Positions 1-11,211 are shown, counted from the stretch's first letter. The stretch: DNA of 64,000 nucleotides from Deltaproteobacteria bacterium (GCA_012729375.1 JAAYDE010000100.1:10414-74413); one strand, 5' to 3'. Numbers and translations: made by a program. The notes: a model not told the origin generated them from the letters alone.

Positions 1-319
1 GGGGCTTCTCCAGATAATGAAGGGGCGTCATGGCGGAAATGCGATCCTCGATCTCCGGGGTGCCGAAGGCGGTCATGACGATGACCGGCATATAGGGATC
101 GATCCGCATGACTTCGGTGATGAGCTGAAAACCGTCCATAACGGGCATTTTGAGATCGGTCACCAGCAGGTCTATCTTCTGTTTTTTGAAAATCTCCAGG
201 GCTTCTTTCCCATTTGCCGCACAAATTACATTGAAGCGGTCGCTGAAAGTGGCGAGGCCCTCCTCCAGGCTGAGCAGGAACGGCCTTTCGTCATCCACAA
301 TAAGGACAGTTTTCATCAT
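1..319 (-). CDS. Response regulator receiver protein (3' part lies outside the window)
   Basis: Manual translation MMKTVLIVDDERPFL...IDLLVTDLKMPVMDG...VIVMTAFG...YLEKP has the REC motifs; its ATG (319-317) overlaps the kinase TGA (ATGA coupling). Confidence 0.9.
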   Translation of the reverse strand, partial: MMKTVLIVDDERPFLLSLEEGLATFSDRFNVICAANGKEALEIFKKQKIDLLVTDLKMPVMDGFQLITEVMRIDPYMPVIVMTAFGTPEIEDRISAMTPLHYLEKP

Positions 320-1542
320 TGAACTTCCCCGAGAGAAATTGCAGGTTCCTTATAAAACTTTGTGACCGGTTTTGCAGGAGGGGCCGCGGTCAGGGGAAAG
401 ACGATTTCCACCTTGGTCCCCACCCCTTGGGCGCTGCGCACGCTGATGCTGGCATTCATCTTGGCCAGCAGTTTTTGGGTGATGACCAACCCTAAACCGT
501 TTCCTTGGGATTTGTTGGTGTAAAAAGGCCGGAAAAGAAATTTCTGCTGTTCCTCCGACATGCCGCAGCCGTTGTCCCTTATTTCGAGAAAAACGAACTT
601 TTCTTTTACCCGGCTGGCAATGCTGATTTTCGGCGAGGCGCGGCCCTCCAGGGAATCGACGGCATTGGCCAGAATATTCAGAAGGGCCTGGTTCAAGGCC
701 CGGGAATCGATATTGACAAATCTTTTCGGGGGCGCCGGTTCAAAGACCAGCTCGATGTTTTTCTGCTCAAGATCCTGGAAAACCAGATTCTTGAAGTTTT
801 CGATGAATTCTGTGAGATCGCAGGTTTTGCTCTCCAGCTTTTCAAACATGCTGAAATTTTTTAACGATTTCAGCATGTACTCCATGCGGGCGACCTCGCC
901 GGAAATGCGCTCGATATATTTGGCAATGGTCTCCCGAGAAAAATAATCCAGGTTCTTTTCCAAAACGCTGATTGTCATCTTGATGGAGTTGAGCGGATTC
1001 CCCATTTCATGACGTATCCCGGAAAAGATCATGCCGATGTTGTCCATCGTGTTAACGGCCTGGGCAATGCTTTCCAGGCGGGCCTTCTCGGTAATGTCAC
1101 GGATGAGCAGGCAGAGATGGGTCTTGGCGACGGGGTAGGTGGAATAACCGAGCATCTGATTGCCGTACCGGACCGACTGGGAAGTGTAGGCGAGCACACC
1201 GAAGGCTTGTTTGTTCTGGGGTGGATGAAGAAGTTTCGCCAGACTTTGATAGGATATCGCTTCCGGTGAAATCCCGAGGATATTCAAGGCCACGGGGTTG
1301 CAGAACTCGATGGATTGCTGGGCCGGTTCCACGATGATCACGCCGACATCGATTCCTCTCAGGACATCGGCGAAAAGACACCTTTTTTCAGGGCCGAAGC
1401 ACTCCTTTAAAGACATCGTGCCGACCATGGAGGCGGTATTGACGGTTTGGAGATCTTTTATGTCGTTCAAATTAGAGAACACTTCATCGCTCGGTCGAAA
1501 AAGGTCTTCCAATGGGCCAACGGCATCTGGTGCATTTTTCAT
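316..1542 (-). CDS. Cytoplasmic PAS-domain sensor histidine kinase (NtrB-like)
   Basis: H-box RHEMGNPLNSI, N-box NILANAVDS, G1 DNGCG, F-box LFRPFYT, G2 GNGLGL; no TM segment; PAS-like N-terminal half. Confidence 0.9.
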   Translation of the reverse strand: MKNAPDAVGPLEDLFRPSDEVFSNLNDIKDLQTVNTASMVGTMSLKECFGPEKRCLFADVLRGIDVGVIIVEPAQQSIEFCNPVALNILGISPEAISYQSLAKLLHPPQNKQAFGVLAYTSQSVRYGNQMLGYSTYPVAKTHLCLLIRDITEKARLESIAQAVNTMDNIGMIFSGIRHEMGNPLNSIKMTISVLEKNLDYFSRETIAKYIERISGEVARMEYMLKSLKNFSMFEKLESKTCDLTEFIENFKNLVFQDLEQKNIELVFEPAPPKRFVNIDSRALNQALLNILANAVDSLEGRASPKISIASRVKEKFVFLEIRDNGCGMSEEQQKFLFRPFYTNKSQGNGLGLVITQKLLAKMNASISVRSAQGVGTKVEIVFPLTAAPPAKPVTKFYKEPAISLGEVQ

Positions 1543-2183
1543 GCAATTAAGATGCCCTAAAACTCAATTTTTTGTTTTGGTTTTTTGGTGTCGCTTTTTT
1601 TCATTTGCCGATATTCATGCACAACCTGAACCGGATTTTTGTAAAAGAGGGAAAAATGATTGAAAAAAAGAAAAATAGCGTTTTGGAATTTCCTAAACTG
1701 AATGTTTTCATCAACTCTGAGCGGTCAGGAAAGGTGAACAAAAAATTCCGGCAGTACATCGGCGATAAAGAGAAAATCAAAAGACCTTTCGGCCAATCTG
1801 GGGACCCTGCTTTTGTATGGAAATTTGCCCAGGAAAGCCTGTTTTCGTTTGGCATAAAAAAGACTGGAGGAACAGGATTGATTTTTTGACTTCCGCTTCC
1901 TGTCCGCCGAAAAAACGTCGTGACAATGGATCCGGAAAAATCGCGAGAACGAGGGTTGCTTTTGAAGGGTGCGGCAAAGACCTTCATGGAGTCAGAATGC
2001 GGGTTGGCCTCGGCCTGCCCCGAAATCCATCACCATGGCATATCCTATCGAAAACAATGGTTTTTTCGTATGAACGATTTTTTCAGGAAGGAAGTTTGGA
2101 GCTGTTGTAAAGGGTCGATCGCGGTCGGCCCAGAACCTTGTTCCTGAATTTTTTGCAATAAAAATACAGTTGAATTTAAAAGA

Positions 2184-2199
2184 TGGCTTGACTAGTGCA
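2184..2199 (+). promoter_or_regulatory. Candidate sigma-54 -24/-12 promoter
   Basis: TGGCTTGACTAGTGCA has exact GG-N10-GC spacing, lies about 90 bp upstream of ATG 2291 and follows a long AT-rich intergenic region. Confidence 0.4.
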
Positions 2200-2290
2200 T
2201 GCGGTTTTCAAGTATACGGGTAATGATGTTCTCTTACTTGGAAGCCGCGAAGAGGATATTTCTGTTATTAATGAAAAGGAGATTGCGTTC

Positions 2291-2860
2291 ATGATCGGCA
2301 GAAAAGCGTGTTTATCCGCAATTGGCGCTCTTGGTTTATCACTTGTCGTGGGTGTTGGCGGGTCCTTTGCCGCTCCTCCTGCTCCTCATGTTGTGGAGTT
2401 GGCCCATAATAAACTTGCCCAAATCGGCACCGATCCCTTAATCATTGCTGCCGTCAAAGCGGCGAATGCCCAAGGGAAAACCCTCGTTGAAATCAAAGCT
2501 TTGGATGAAAAATGGATCGCCGAACGGGGTCTTGCCGAGTACATGACGAAACTGATCAACTCCGATGTCGGCAGGCATCTTTCCAATATAATGTATAGTA
2601 CCGAATATATTATGGAAATATTTGTCATGGACAATCTGGGTGCCAACGTTGCCATGACCGGAAAAACGTCGGACTATTGGCAGGGGGATGAAAAGAAATT
2701 CAAAAATTCCTTTAACGATGGAAAGGGCGGCGTATTCATCGACGATCCCGATTTTGACCTGAGTTGTCAAGCCTTTGTCGTGCAGATTTCCGTCCCCGTG
2801 ATGGATGGCGGCAAAGCCATAGGAGCGATCACCTTCAGCGTGGATGTCGACAGAATCTGA
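2291..2860 (+). CDS. Secreted stand-alone Cache/PDC sensor-domain protein
   Basis: AAGGAG RBS before ATG 2291; signal peptide (…GGSFA); EIFVMDNLGANVA..TSDYWQGDEKKF and QISVPV..IGAIT Cache-like motifs. Confidence 0.75.
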   Translation: MIGRKACLSAIGALGLSLVVGVGGSFAAPPAPHVVELAHNKLAQIGTDPLIIAAVKAANAQGKTLVEIKALDEKWIAERGLAEYMTKLINSDVGRHLSNIMYSTEYIMEIFVMDNLGANVAMTGKTSDYWQGDEKKFKNSFNDGKGGVFIDDPDFDLSCQAFVVQISVPVMDGGKAIGAITFSVDVDRI

Positions 2861-3276
2861 AAGCGGCTCGTCGAAAAAACGCCCTTATGGTTTCTGCCGG
2901 GGGGTGTCGGAGGTTTCTGAGTGTCATAAGTAGCTCTTTTCCCAAGCCTCTTCTTCTACCAAGGGAGCCGTCTGGGCGGACTTCCTGATTTGTTGTGAAG
3001 GCTTGGGGAAGGGTGGTTCCGGGCCAACGAGATGTACAAAATCCGGGAATGAGGACAAGGCGCGGGTCGGTGCCGGGGCCGGCGGTTTCGGGTGGACAGG
3101 CTGTCCTGCCGTTCCCATGGCGACCAGAAGCGGAAATTTTTGGTTGATGAAGGTGCCAAAAAAAGTAACCGCCAAAGAACTATTTCCAGCAGAATTTCAG
3201 AGAATCCATCTCCTTTCTACTTCCTGTTTTTATTTATCCCTTTCCGGTGGTGCTTCGATGTGGCAGGGGAAAATTT

Positions 3277-3861
3277 TTACCCCCGGGAAGGGACCGGATT
3301 GTAAATTCTTCCTCCGCGAGCGGCATAATCCCTGAGCACGGCAACCGCCTCTTGCCGCAACAGATCCCGTTCGACGGCAATGCCTCGGCGCTGAAGGGTG
3401 GTCACCCAATCGGGCGGTTTTGCCCCTTCATCGAAGCCGATGGCCTCGGCGTCTTCCCCGCGGGCGGCGCAGAACAGCTTGCCGATTCCCGACCAGGGCA
3501 GGGCACCGAGACACATGGCGCAGGGCTCAGTGGATGAGAAAAGCTGGTAATGCCAGCGGCCGCCGTCGCTCAGGTCAAAACGGCCGACGGACTTCTGGGC
3601 CAGAGCCAGGGCCACCATCTCGGCATGAAGAAGGGAACAGCCGCTGCCGACCACCATATTGATCCCCGGTGCGATCAGGTTGCCTGTTTCGTCGAATACC
3701 GCCGCGCCGAAGGGACCATTCATTCCCTTGTCGACATTTTGCCTGGCCAGTTCAACGACCAGATGCATTCGCTCGTCAGGATTCGCAATGGGGGAAGGAT
3801 AATTTTTCAGCAGATTTCCGACCCAAACGGGAAGACGAATGATCAGAGGTGGATATTTCAT
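3277..3861 (-). CDS. Zn-dependent nucleoside/nucleobase deaminase (guanine deaminase/TadA-like)
   Basis: GPFGAAV, HAE and EPCAMC zinc motifs. Confidence 0.85.
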   Translation of the reverse strand: MKYPPLIIRLPVWVGNLLKNYPSPIANPDERMHLVVELARQNVDKGMNGPFGAAVFDETGNLIAPGINMVVGSGCSLLHAEMVALALAQKSVGRFDLSDGGRWHYQLFSSTEPCAMCLGALPWSGIGKLFCAARGEDAEAIGFDEGAKPPDWVTTLQRRGIAVERDLLRQEAVAVLRDYAARGGRIYNPVPSRG

Positions 3862-3880
3862 CGGGCTCCCGGAAAGGTCG

Positions 3881-6616
3881 TCAACGATCAACGCGGGAAA
3901 TCTTTTCCCGCCACAGAAGTTTTTCGACACTGACGGCGAGCCAGGTCACGGCAGCCACCCCCAGGGCCCGCAGCCAGGATGCCGGGGAAACCGGGGCTGA
4001 ATGAAAGATCCAGTTCATGGTCGGCACGTAGGTAAAGAGAAGCTGGGCCCCCAAGGTCGTCAGAATGCCGGCCCACACCCAGAGGTTGCTGAAAAATCCG
4101 ACACTGAAAACGGATCGCGTCAGGGAGCGGCATTTGAGCAGATAAAAAACCTGGGTCAGCACGAAGACATTGGTCGCCACGGTTCGCGCCTGTTCTTTGC
4201 TGGCCCCGAGGCTCATCTCCCACTCAAAGAGCCCTAGAGCCCCCAACAGCAGAAGGGTCCCCACGATCACCATGCGGACGCTCAACTCGAAGGTCAGGAG
4301 CGGTTTCTGCGGGTGCCGGACACGCCGTTCCATGACATCGGGCTCCTGATTTTCAAAAGCCAATGTCAGGCCCAGAAGAACGGCCGTTCCCATGTTGAGC
4401 CAGAGAATCTGCACCGGCAGCAAAGGCAGTGACAGGCCGGCCAGTATCGCCACCATGGTCATCAAGCCCAGGCCGATATTGGTCGGCAGGGTCCAGATGA
4501 TGAATTTGGCAAGGTTGTCGAGGAGCCCTCGACCCTCCTCGATGGCTGCTTCGATAGCACTGAAACAGCTGTTCTGCAGAGCCAGATCGGCGGCTCCCCG
4601 GGCCGCTTGGCAACGGCTGTCACCGGAGACGATGCCGATGTCCGCTTTGTTGAGGGCCGGGGCGTCGTGAAAGCTGTCTCCGGTAGTTGCAACTGTATGC
4701 CCGTTGGCCTGAAGGGCTTTGATCAAGCGTTGTTTTTGTTCCGGCGAGACGCGGGCGAAAACCACGTTTTGCTCTACCATTTCCATGATTCCCGCATCGG
4801 AAAGGGTATCCAGAAGGGTTCCGGTGACCACCTCCGGACCGCTGGTACAGCCACCGGCCCCCCGGAAAAGACCGAGCTGGGCAGCGATGGCGACGGCCGT
4901 TGCCGGGTGGTCTCCGGTGATCATCTTGACCTGGATGCCGGCGCCTTGGCAGGTGGCCACCGCTTCGGCGGAGCCGGCCCGAATGGGATCGATCATCCCC
5001 TGGAGACCGATAAAGGTTAACCCGGATACGATATCGCCATGGGCGAGGATTTCCAGGCCCGGTTCACCGGTTTTTCTGGCCAGCGCCAGCACCCGCAGGC
5101 CCTGGGCGGCCATCTTTTCTACCGTGGGCATGATCGCATCTCGATCTAAAGGAATGGGACGCCCCGTTTCGTCGACAGACTCGATGCATTTTTCGAGGAC
5201 GACCTCCGCCGCGCCTTTGACATAAATCCATGGGACGGGAGGGTTCTCTTCTACATGGAGGGTAGCCATGAACTGATGGTACGGGCCGAAAGGGATGGAA
5301 TCGAGGCGGCGCAGCTTTTTTCTCTCGTCCTCAACTTTCAGCCCTCCCTTGGCGGCGGCGACAAGCAGAGCCCCTTCCGTGGGGTCGCCGTCGTAGGTCC
5401 AGTTTTTGTTTTTCTCATTGATGAATCTGGCGTTGTTGCAGAGCAGGCCCGCCCGCAGACATTCACCGAGGACAGGATGGTGCTCGGGATCTGCGGCGGC
5501 GAAACCGCCTTGGTGAAAAACGGCGCCAGCGGGTTGAGATCCGGTGTCAGAAAGGGTGTAGAGCTGGTTGCCGGCAAAAATTTCCCGCACCGTCATCTCG
5601 TTTTCCGTAAGCACGCCGGTTTTTTCGGTGCAGATGGCGCTGACGGAGCCCAGGGTTTCCGCAACGGCAGGTTTAAGAACCAGGGCGTTTCGTTGCGCCA
5701 TGCGGGCTATGCCGACGGCCAGGATGATGGCGATGACCGCGGGCAGCCCTTCCGGGATGGCGGCAAGGACCAGGGAGACCACGGACAGGGAGATGTCTTC
5801 CAGAAGCACTCCCCGATAGAAGCCGATGCCGACGGTGGTCCCGACAAGACCGAGAATGATAAACAAAAGAATCTGATTGAAGCGCGCAATGCGGCGGGCC
5901 ATGAAGGTTTTGTTGCAGGAAACGCCGGAAATCAGATCGGCGATGCGGCCCACTTCGCTGCGCCTGCCGGTGGCGACGACGGTCCCCATGCCCTGGCCGG
6001 CGACAACGCGGGTTGTTGCGTAAGCCATGTTGCGCCGTTCCGCCAGGACGGTGTTGCGCGGCAGGACATGGGCCATTTTCAGGGCGGCGACCGTTTCTCC
6101 CGTCAGCGGGGATTCGTCAATGCGCAGGTGGTGACTTTGAGAGATTCTCAGATCGGCAGGAACCCTGTCTCCGCTTTGCAGGAAAACGATATCCCCCGGT
6201 ACCAGCTGTTCCGCCGCAATGTGGGTTTTGTGTCCGGCGCGAAAAACCGTGGTTTCGTGGGGAAAGTCCTGCCAGGGAGAAGCCGCGGCCTTGAGCGCCC
6301 GCAGTTTTTGGTAAAAACGGATAACGACATTGAGAAGGACGACGCCGAAGATGATTCCCGTATCAACCCACTCGTGGAGGACGGCCATGATGATCCCTGC
6401 CGCCATTAAAACGTAAATCAACCGGTGATGGAATTGCAGGAAGAAAAGGGCCAGGGGTTGCGGCCCCCTTTTGGTGCCAAGGAGGTTGGCCCCAAAGCGG
6501 TTGCGGCGGTATTCCACAGCAAAAAGGTCCAGGCCTTTGGTCAAGTCGGTCTGGAGTATCTCGGCGACCTGTGCCACGGGGATGGAATGCCAATGCCTGC
6601 TTAAAAAAGATTCCAT
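3881..6616 (-). CDS. P-type (PII, PacL/Ca2+-like) cation ATPase homologue with degenerate catalytic motifs
   Basis: PII architecture (GDRVPAD, TGET, IPEGLP, GDPTEGAL, KGA, MITGDH, FARVSPEQK) but CTEKTGVLT replaces DKTGTLT and GDSFHD replaces GDGVND. Confidence 0.85.
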   Translation of the reverse strand: MESFLSRHWHSIPVAQVAEILQTDLTKGLDLFAVEYRRNRFGANLLGTKRGPQPLALFFLQFHHRLIYVLMAAGIIMAVLHEWVDTGIIFGVVLLNVVIRFYQKLRALKAAASPWQDFPHETTVFRAGHKTHIAAEQLVPGDIVFLQSGDRVPADLRISQSHHLRIDESPLTGETVAALKMAHVLPRNTVLAERRNMAYATTRVVAGQGMGTVVATGRRSEVGRIADLISGVSCNKTFMARRIARFNQILLFIILGLVGTTVGIGFYRGVLLEDISLSVVSLVLAAIPEGLPAVIAIILAVGIARMAQRNALVLKPAVAETLGSVSAICTEKTGVLTENEMTVREIFAGNQLYTLSDTGSQPAGAVFHQGGFAAADPEHHPVLGECLRAGLLCNNARFINEKNKNWTYDGDPTEGALLVAAAKGGLKVEDERKKLRRLDSIPFGPYHQFMATLHVEENPPVPWIYVKGAAEVVLEKCIESVDETGRPIPLDRDAIMPTVEKMAAQGLRVLALARKTGEPGLEILAHGDIVSGLTFIGLQGMIDPIRAGSAEAVATCQGAGIQVKMITGDHPATAVAIAAQLGLFRGAGGCTSGPEVVTGTLLDTLSDAGIMEMVEQNVVFARVSPEQKQRLIKALQANGHTVATTGDSFHDAPALNKADIGIVSGDSRCQAARGAADLALQNSCFSAIEAAIEEGRGLLDNLAKFIIWTLPTNIGLGLMTMVAILAGLSLPLLPVQILWLNMGTAVLLGLTLAFENQEPDVMERRVRHPQKPLLTFELSVRMVIVGTLLLLGALGLFEWEMSLGASKEQARTVATNVFVLTQVFYLLKCRSLTRSVFSVGFFSNLWVWAGILTTLGAQLLFTYVPTMNWIFHSAPVSPASWLRALGVAAVTWLAVSVEKLLWREKISRVDR

Positions 6617-6921
6617 GGTGTCTTGAACCCGCTTCGCTATTTATTGATGGGAGCCCATATCGCTCCGCAAATGCCAGGTCCGCGCGATGGTCACGGATGT
6701 CACTTGCGTCCGAGGAAATTTAACCATTTACTATTCACCGAAGCAAGAATACTTTTTTCTGGAATCCTTTCCCCGGCAAATATTTCGACGAGTGTTCCGG
6801 GGGGAGGCGGAGACCCCGGTGGGATCGTCCGAGCCTTTTATATTGGCAATGGACCGCTGAATTGTGTTAAACCAGTCTGATTTGACAAGAAGTTCAGAAT
6901 CTCGGATGGAGGAAACAAAAG

Positions 6922-7821
6922 ATGAACAAAAAACCGAAAATGGAAACCCGGGCGGGAATGATCGCCAAGGAAATTTTAAAAGAAAACGATGGTGATTGGC
7001 TGCAAACGGCGCTGAAAATGTTTGTCCTGGCCAAGGATGATCATGAACTGATGCGGGAAATCGTCGATCCGATGATCGCTGACAAGGTTTATGAGGCGCT
7101 GGAACGGATCGCGCCCATCAATTTCGGCGGCAAATCCCTTCTGACCTGCCCTCTGACCACCTGCGATTATGCGCTCCTGCGGGATGTGGGCAAGGCGGAG
7201 CTGGACAGGGAGATAGCCTACTTCGAGGAAAATCTCGGCAGAGCTCTGGAAATGGCCGCCTGGTATCATTATGTCATGGCGGCCCTCGACGAAAACCGCA
7301 AGGTCAGGGAGCAGTTTTCCGTTGAGGAGCTGATCCAATTGCGTCAGAAATTCAAGGAGGTCTACCAGGGGAAAATCCAATTTTTCATTTCCGAGTTTCC
7401 CGATCCGATCAAAAAATTGACTCTGGAGGCCGTCCAGAAAAGCCAGGGAGACTGGATGCTGGCCCTGCAGCTGATGACCAAGCGGGTTCTGGAGGATTCC
7501 CAGGCCCTTGCCCACCTGATGGGGCCGTTCTTCTTTTCCGCCCTGTGGCAGGTCTTGCACCAGGCTTCGGAGACGACCCTGGACATGACTCCGCCGATGA
7601 ATTCTCCTCTCACCTCCGGCTGGATCTTCGGGGATTCGACCCGCGCCGAACTGAAAATGGAAGTGATCTACTGGGAAGAATCCGCCCGTTTCCTGCTGCG
7701 CAAGGCCCGCTGGCTGGGTATGATCCGCGATGCCATCGGCGAATCCAAGCGGGTGCACCAGGTTCTCAGTGAAATGCATGTCAAAAAGTTCTGGAACGAT
7801 GCCTATATGTCGGTCAAATAG
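6922..7821 (+). CDS. Hypothetical protein made of two homologous ~150-aa repeats
   Basis: GGAGG RBS, 299-aa ORF with host-like codon usage, visible internal duplication. Confidence 0.7.
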   Translation: MNKKPKMETRAGMIAKEILKENDGDWLQTALKMFVLAKDDHELMREIVDPMIADKVYEALERIAPINFGGKSLLTCPLTTCDYALLRDVGKAELDREIAYFEENLGRALEMAAWYHYVMAALDENRKVREQFSVEELIQLRQKFKEVYQGKIQFFISEFPDPIKKLTLEAVQKSQGDWMLALQLMTKRVLEDSQALAHLMGPFFFSALWQVLHQASETTLDMTPPMNSPLTSGWIFGDSTRAELKMEVIYWEESARFLLRKARWLGMIRDAIGESKRVHQVLSEMHVKKFWNDAYMSVK

Positions 7822-7847
7822 CTTCCACCTGAGGATTCGGGATGTAG

Positions 7848-8933
<1,086 letters not shown>

Positions 8934-8967
8934 CCTCCCCAAAGGGGGCGGCCCTGGGATCATCGCC

Positions 8968-9813
8968 ATGAGAACGCTTTCTTTTCGCACCCCTTTCTGG
9001 CTGCGGCTGCGGTGCAACCGGCTGGCGCTGATGGGTGCGCTCATCGTGGCGGCCATGTTTCTGCTGGCATTGCTGGCGCCGTTGACGGGGCGGGATCCGG
9101 CGGCCATCGACATCGCCGCCGCCCTGTTGCCTCCTTCCTGGCAATATCCCATGGGGACCGACGATCTGGGGCGGGATGTGCTGACCCGCATCCTTTTCGG
9201 CGCCCGCATCTCCCTTCTCGTCGGTTTCGTGTCGGTGGGCATCGCGACCCTGATCGGCATCGTGCTCGGCGCTGTGGCCGGCTATTATGGGTCTTGGGTA
9301 GACGCCCTGATCATGCGTTTCGTCGATGTCATGCTCTGCTTCCCCACCTTCTTCCTTATCCTGGCGGTCATCGCCTTTCTCGATCCCTCCATCTGGAACA
9401 TCATGGCGGTGATCGGCCTGACCGGCTGGATGGGCGTGGCCCGCCTGGTGCGAGCCGAGTTTCTGTCTTTGCGCGAACGGGATTTCGTGCTGGCGGCGCG
9501 GGCGCTGGGAGCCTTTGACATGCGCATCATCTTCCGCCACATCCTGCCCAACGCCCTTTCGCCGGTGCTGGTATCGGCGACCCTGGGGGTGGCCGGGGCG
9601 ATCCTTACCGAAAGCGCTCTTTCCTTTCTCGGCATCGGCGTTCAGCCGCCCACCCCCTCCTGGGGGAACATGCTGATCGTCGGCAAGCAAACCCTCGGTT
9701 CCGCCTGGTGGCTTTCCGCCTTTCCGGGGCTGGCCATCCTGCTGACCGTCCTCGGCTACAATCTGCTGGGGGAGGGCATAAGGGATGCTCTCGATCCCCG
9801 GCTGAACCGATGA
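8968..9813 (+). CDS. Peptide/nickel ABC transporter permease (DppC/OppC family)
   Basis: GTDDLGRDVL, GARISL, EAA-like AARALGA..RIIFRHILPN, LSFLGIGVQPPTPSWG. Confidence 0.92.
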   Translation: MRTLSFRTPFWLRLRCNRLALMGALIVAAMFLLALLAPLTGRDPAAIDIAAALLPPSWQYPMGTDDLGRDVLTRILFGARISLLVGFVSVGIATLIGIVLGAVAGYYGSWVDALIMRFVDVMLCFPTFFLILAVIAFLDPSIWNIMAVIGLTGWMGVARLVRAEFLSLRERDFVLAARALGAFDMRIIFRHILPNALSPVLVSATLGVAGAILTESALSFLGIGVQPPTPSWGNMLIVGKQTLGSAWWLSAFPGLAILLTVLGYNLLGEGIRDALDPRLNR

Positions 9814-9863
9814 GGCTCCGTTTCGCCAGTTTTCGTCCCGGTCAATCTTGCTGAGGATTTTCT

Positions 9864-10679
9864 ATGCCGGAACTGCCCGAAGTGGAAACCACCCGGCGGG
9901 GGATTCTGCCTCTGGCCCAAGGGAAAACCGTCGCCGGAATCGTCACCCGCGTCCCTGCCCTGCGTCTGCCTCTCGATGTGTCCCGTCTCAGCCGCTTGCG
10001 CGGCGCCAAACTGATCGATATCGAGCGCCGCGCCAAATATCTTCTATTCCGCTTTACCAGGGGATGGCTTCTCGTTCATCTGGGCATGTCCGGCTCCCTG
10101 GGTTTCCTCTCCCGCTATGCTCCGCCCACGGCCCATGATCATGTGGATATCCGCTTTGACGACGATTCCCGTCTGCGCTTGAAGGACCCGCGCCGTTTCG
10201 GCACGGTGCTCTATCTGGAACAGGATCCCTGGGCTCATCCCCTTCTTTGCCGTTGCGGGCCGGAGCCCTTTGGGGGAGAATTCGACGGCGGCTATCTGTA
10301 CCGGATGTCGCGGGGACGGCGGCTGCCGGTGCAGTGTTTTCTTCTCGACCAGCGGGTCGTCGCCGGGCTCGGCAACATCTATGTCAACGAGGCCCTTCAC
10401 GCCAGCGGCATCGACCCCCGGCGGGCGGCAGGGAGAATCTCCAAAAAACGCTATACGCTTCTGGCGGAAGCGGTATGCCGGGTTTTGCAAAGGGCCCTGG
10501 AAGCAGGGGGGACCACATTGCGCGATTTCCGGGATGGGGTCGGCAAATCCGGCTATTTCTCCCTGCAACTCCAGGTTTACGGTCGGCGGGGGGAGTTGTG
10601 TCCGCGCTGCCGAAGGAGACTGGAAGAAGGGCGGCTTCACCAGCGCTCGATTTTTTATTGCCGGTATTGTCAGCGGTAG
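9864..10679 (+). CDS. mutM: Formamidopyrimidine-DNA glycosylase
   Basis: MPELPEVE N-terminus, HLGMSG, GLGNIY, C-terminal CPRC...CRYCQ zinc finger. Confidence 0.96.
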   Translation: MPELPEVETTRRGILPLAQGKTVAGIVTRVPALRLPLDVSRLSRLRGAKLIDIERRAKYLLFRFTRGWLLVHLGMSGSLGFLSRYAPPTAHDHVDIRFDDDSRLRLKDPRRFGTVLYLEQDPWAHPLLCRCGPEPFGGEFDGGYLYRMSRGRRLPVQCFLLDQRVVAGLGNIYVNEALHASGIDPRRAAGRISKKRYTLLAEAVCRVLQRALEAGGTTLRDFRDGVGKSGYFSLQLQVYGRRGELCPRCRRRLEEGRLHQRSIFYCRYCQR

Positions 10680-10707
10680 ACGGCCGGCGCGAAGAGGAGG
10701 GAAAAAC

Positions 10708-11211
10708 ATGGAACTTGTGGAAGGGATTCTGTCCCGGCGCAGTGTGCGGGAGTTCACCGATGAGGAGGTCGGCGCTGAAGAGCTGAAGAAGATCCTGATG
10801 GCAGGGATTCGCGCCCCTTCCGGGCTCAACAACCAGCCCTGGCGGTTTGTCGTCGTCCGTTCCCCGGAAATCCGCCGACGCCTGGCGGAACTGACCCATT
10901 ATGGTGCCATCGTCACCGGGGCGCCCCTGTGCGTCGCCGTTTTTCTCGACCGGCAGGCGGTTTACCACGAAAAAAAAGACTGCCAGGCGATAGGCGCCTG
11001 CCTGGAGAACATGCTGCTGGCCGCTCACGGTCTGGGGTTGGGAGGGGTGTGGCTGGGGGAAATTCTCAAAAACGCCGACCAGGTCCGCCTTCTTCTCGAT
11101 CTTCCCGAAAGTCTGGACCTGATGGCCCTGTTAGCCCTGGGACGTCCGCGGTTTTTTTCTCGGGAAACGGAACGCAAAGGGGTTGAGGAAGTCCTTCTGA
11201 AAGAAGTTTGA
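10708..11211 (+). CDS. Nitroreductase family protein
   Basis: GAGGAGG RBS, RRSVREF, APSGLNNQPWRF, NMLLAAHGLGLGGVW. Confidence 0.9.
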   Translation: MELVEGILSRRSVREFTDEEVGAEELKKILMAGIRAPSGLNNQPWRFVVVRSPEIRRRLAELTHYGAIVTGAPLCVAVFLDRQAVYHEKKDCQAIGACLENMLLAAHGLGLGGVWLGEILKNADQVRLLLDLPESLDLMALLALGRPRFFSRETERKGVEEVLLKEV

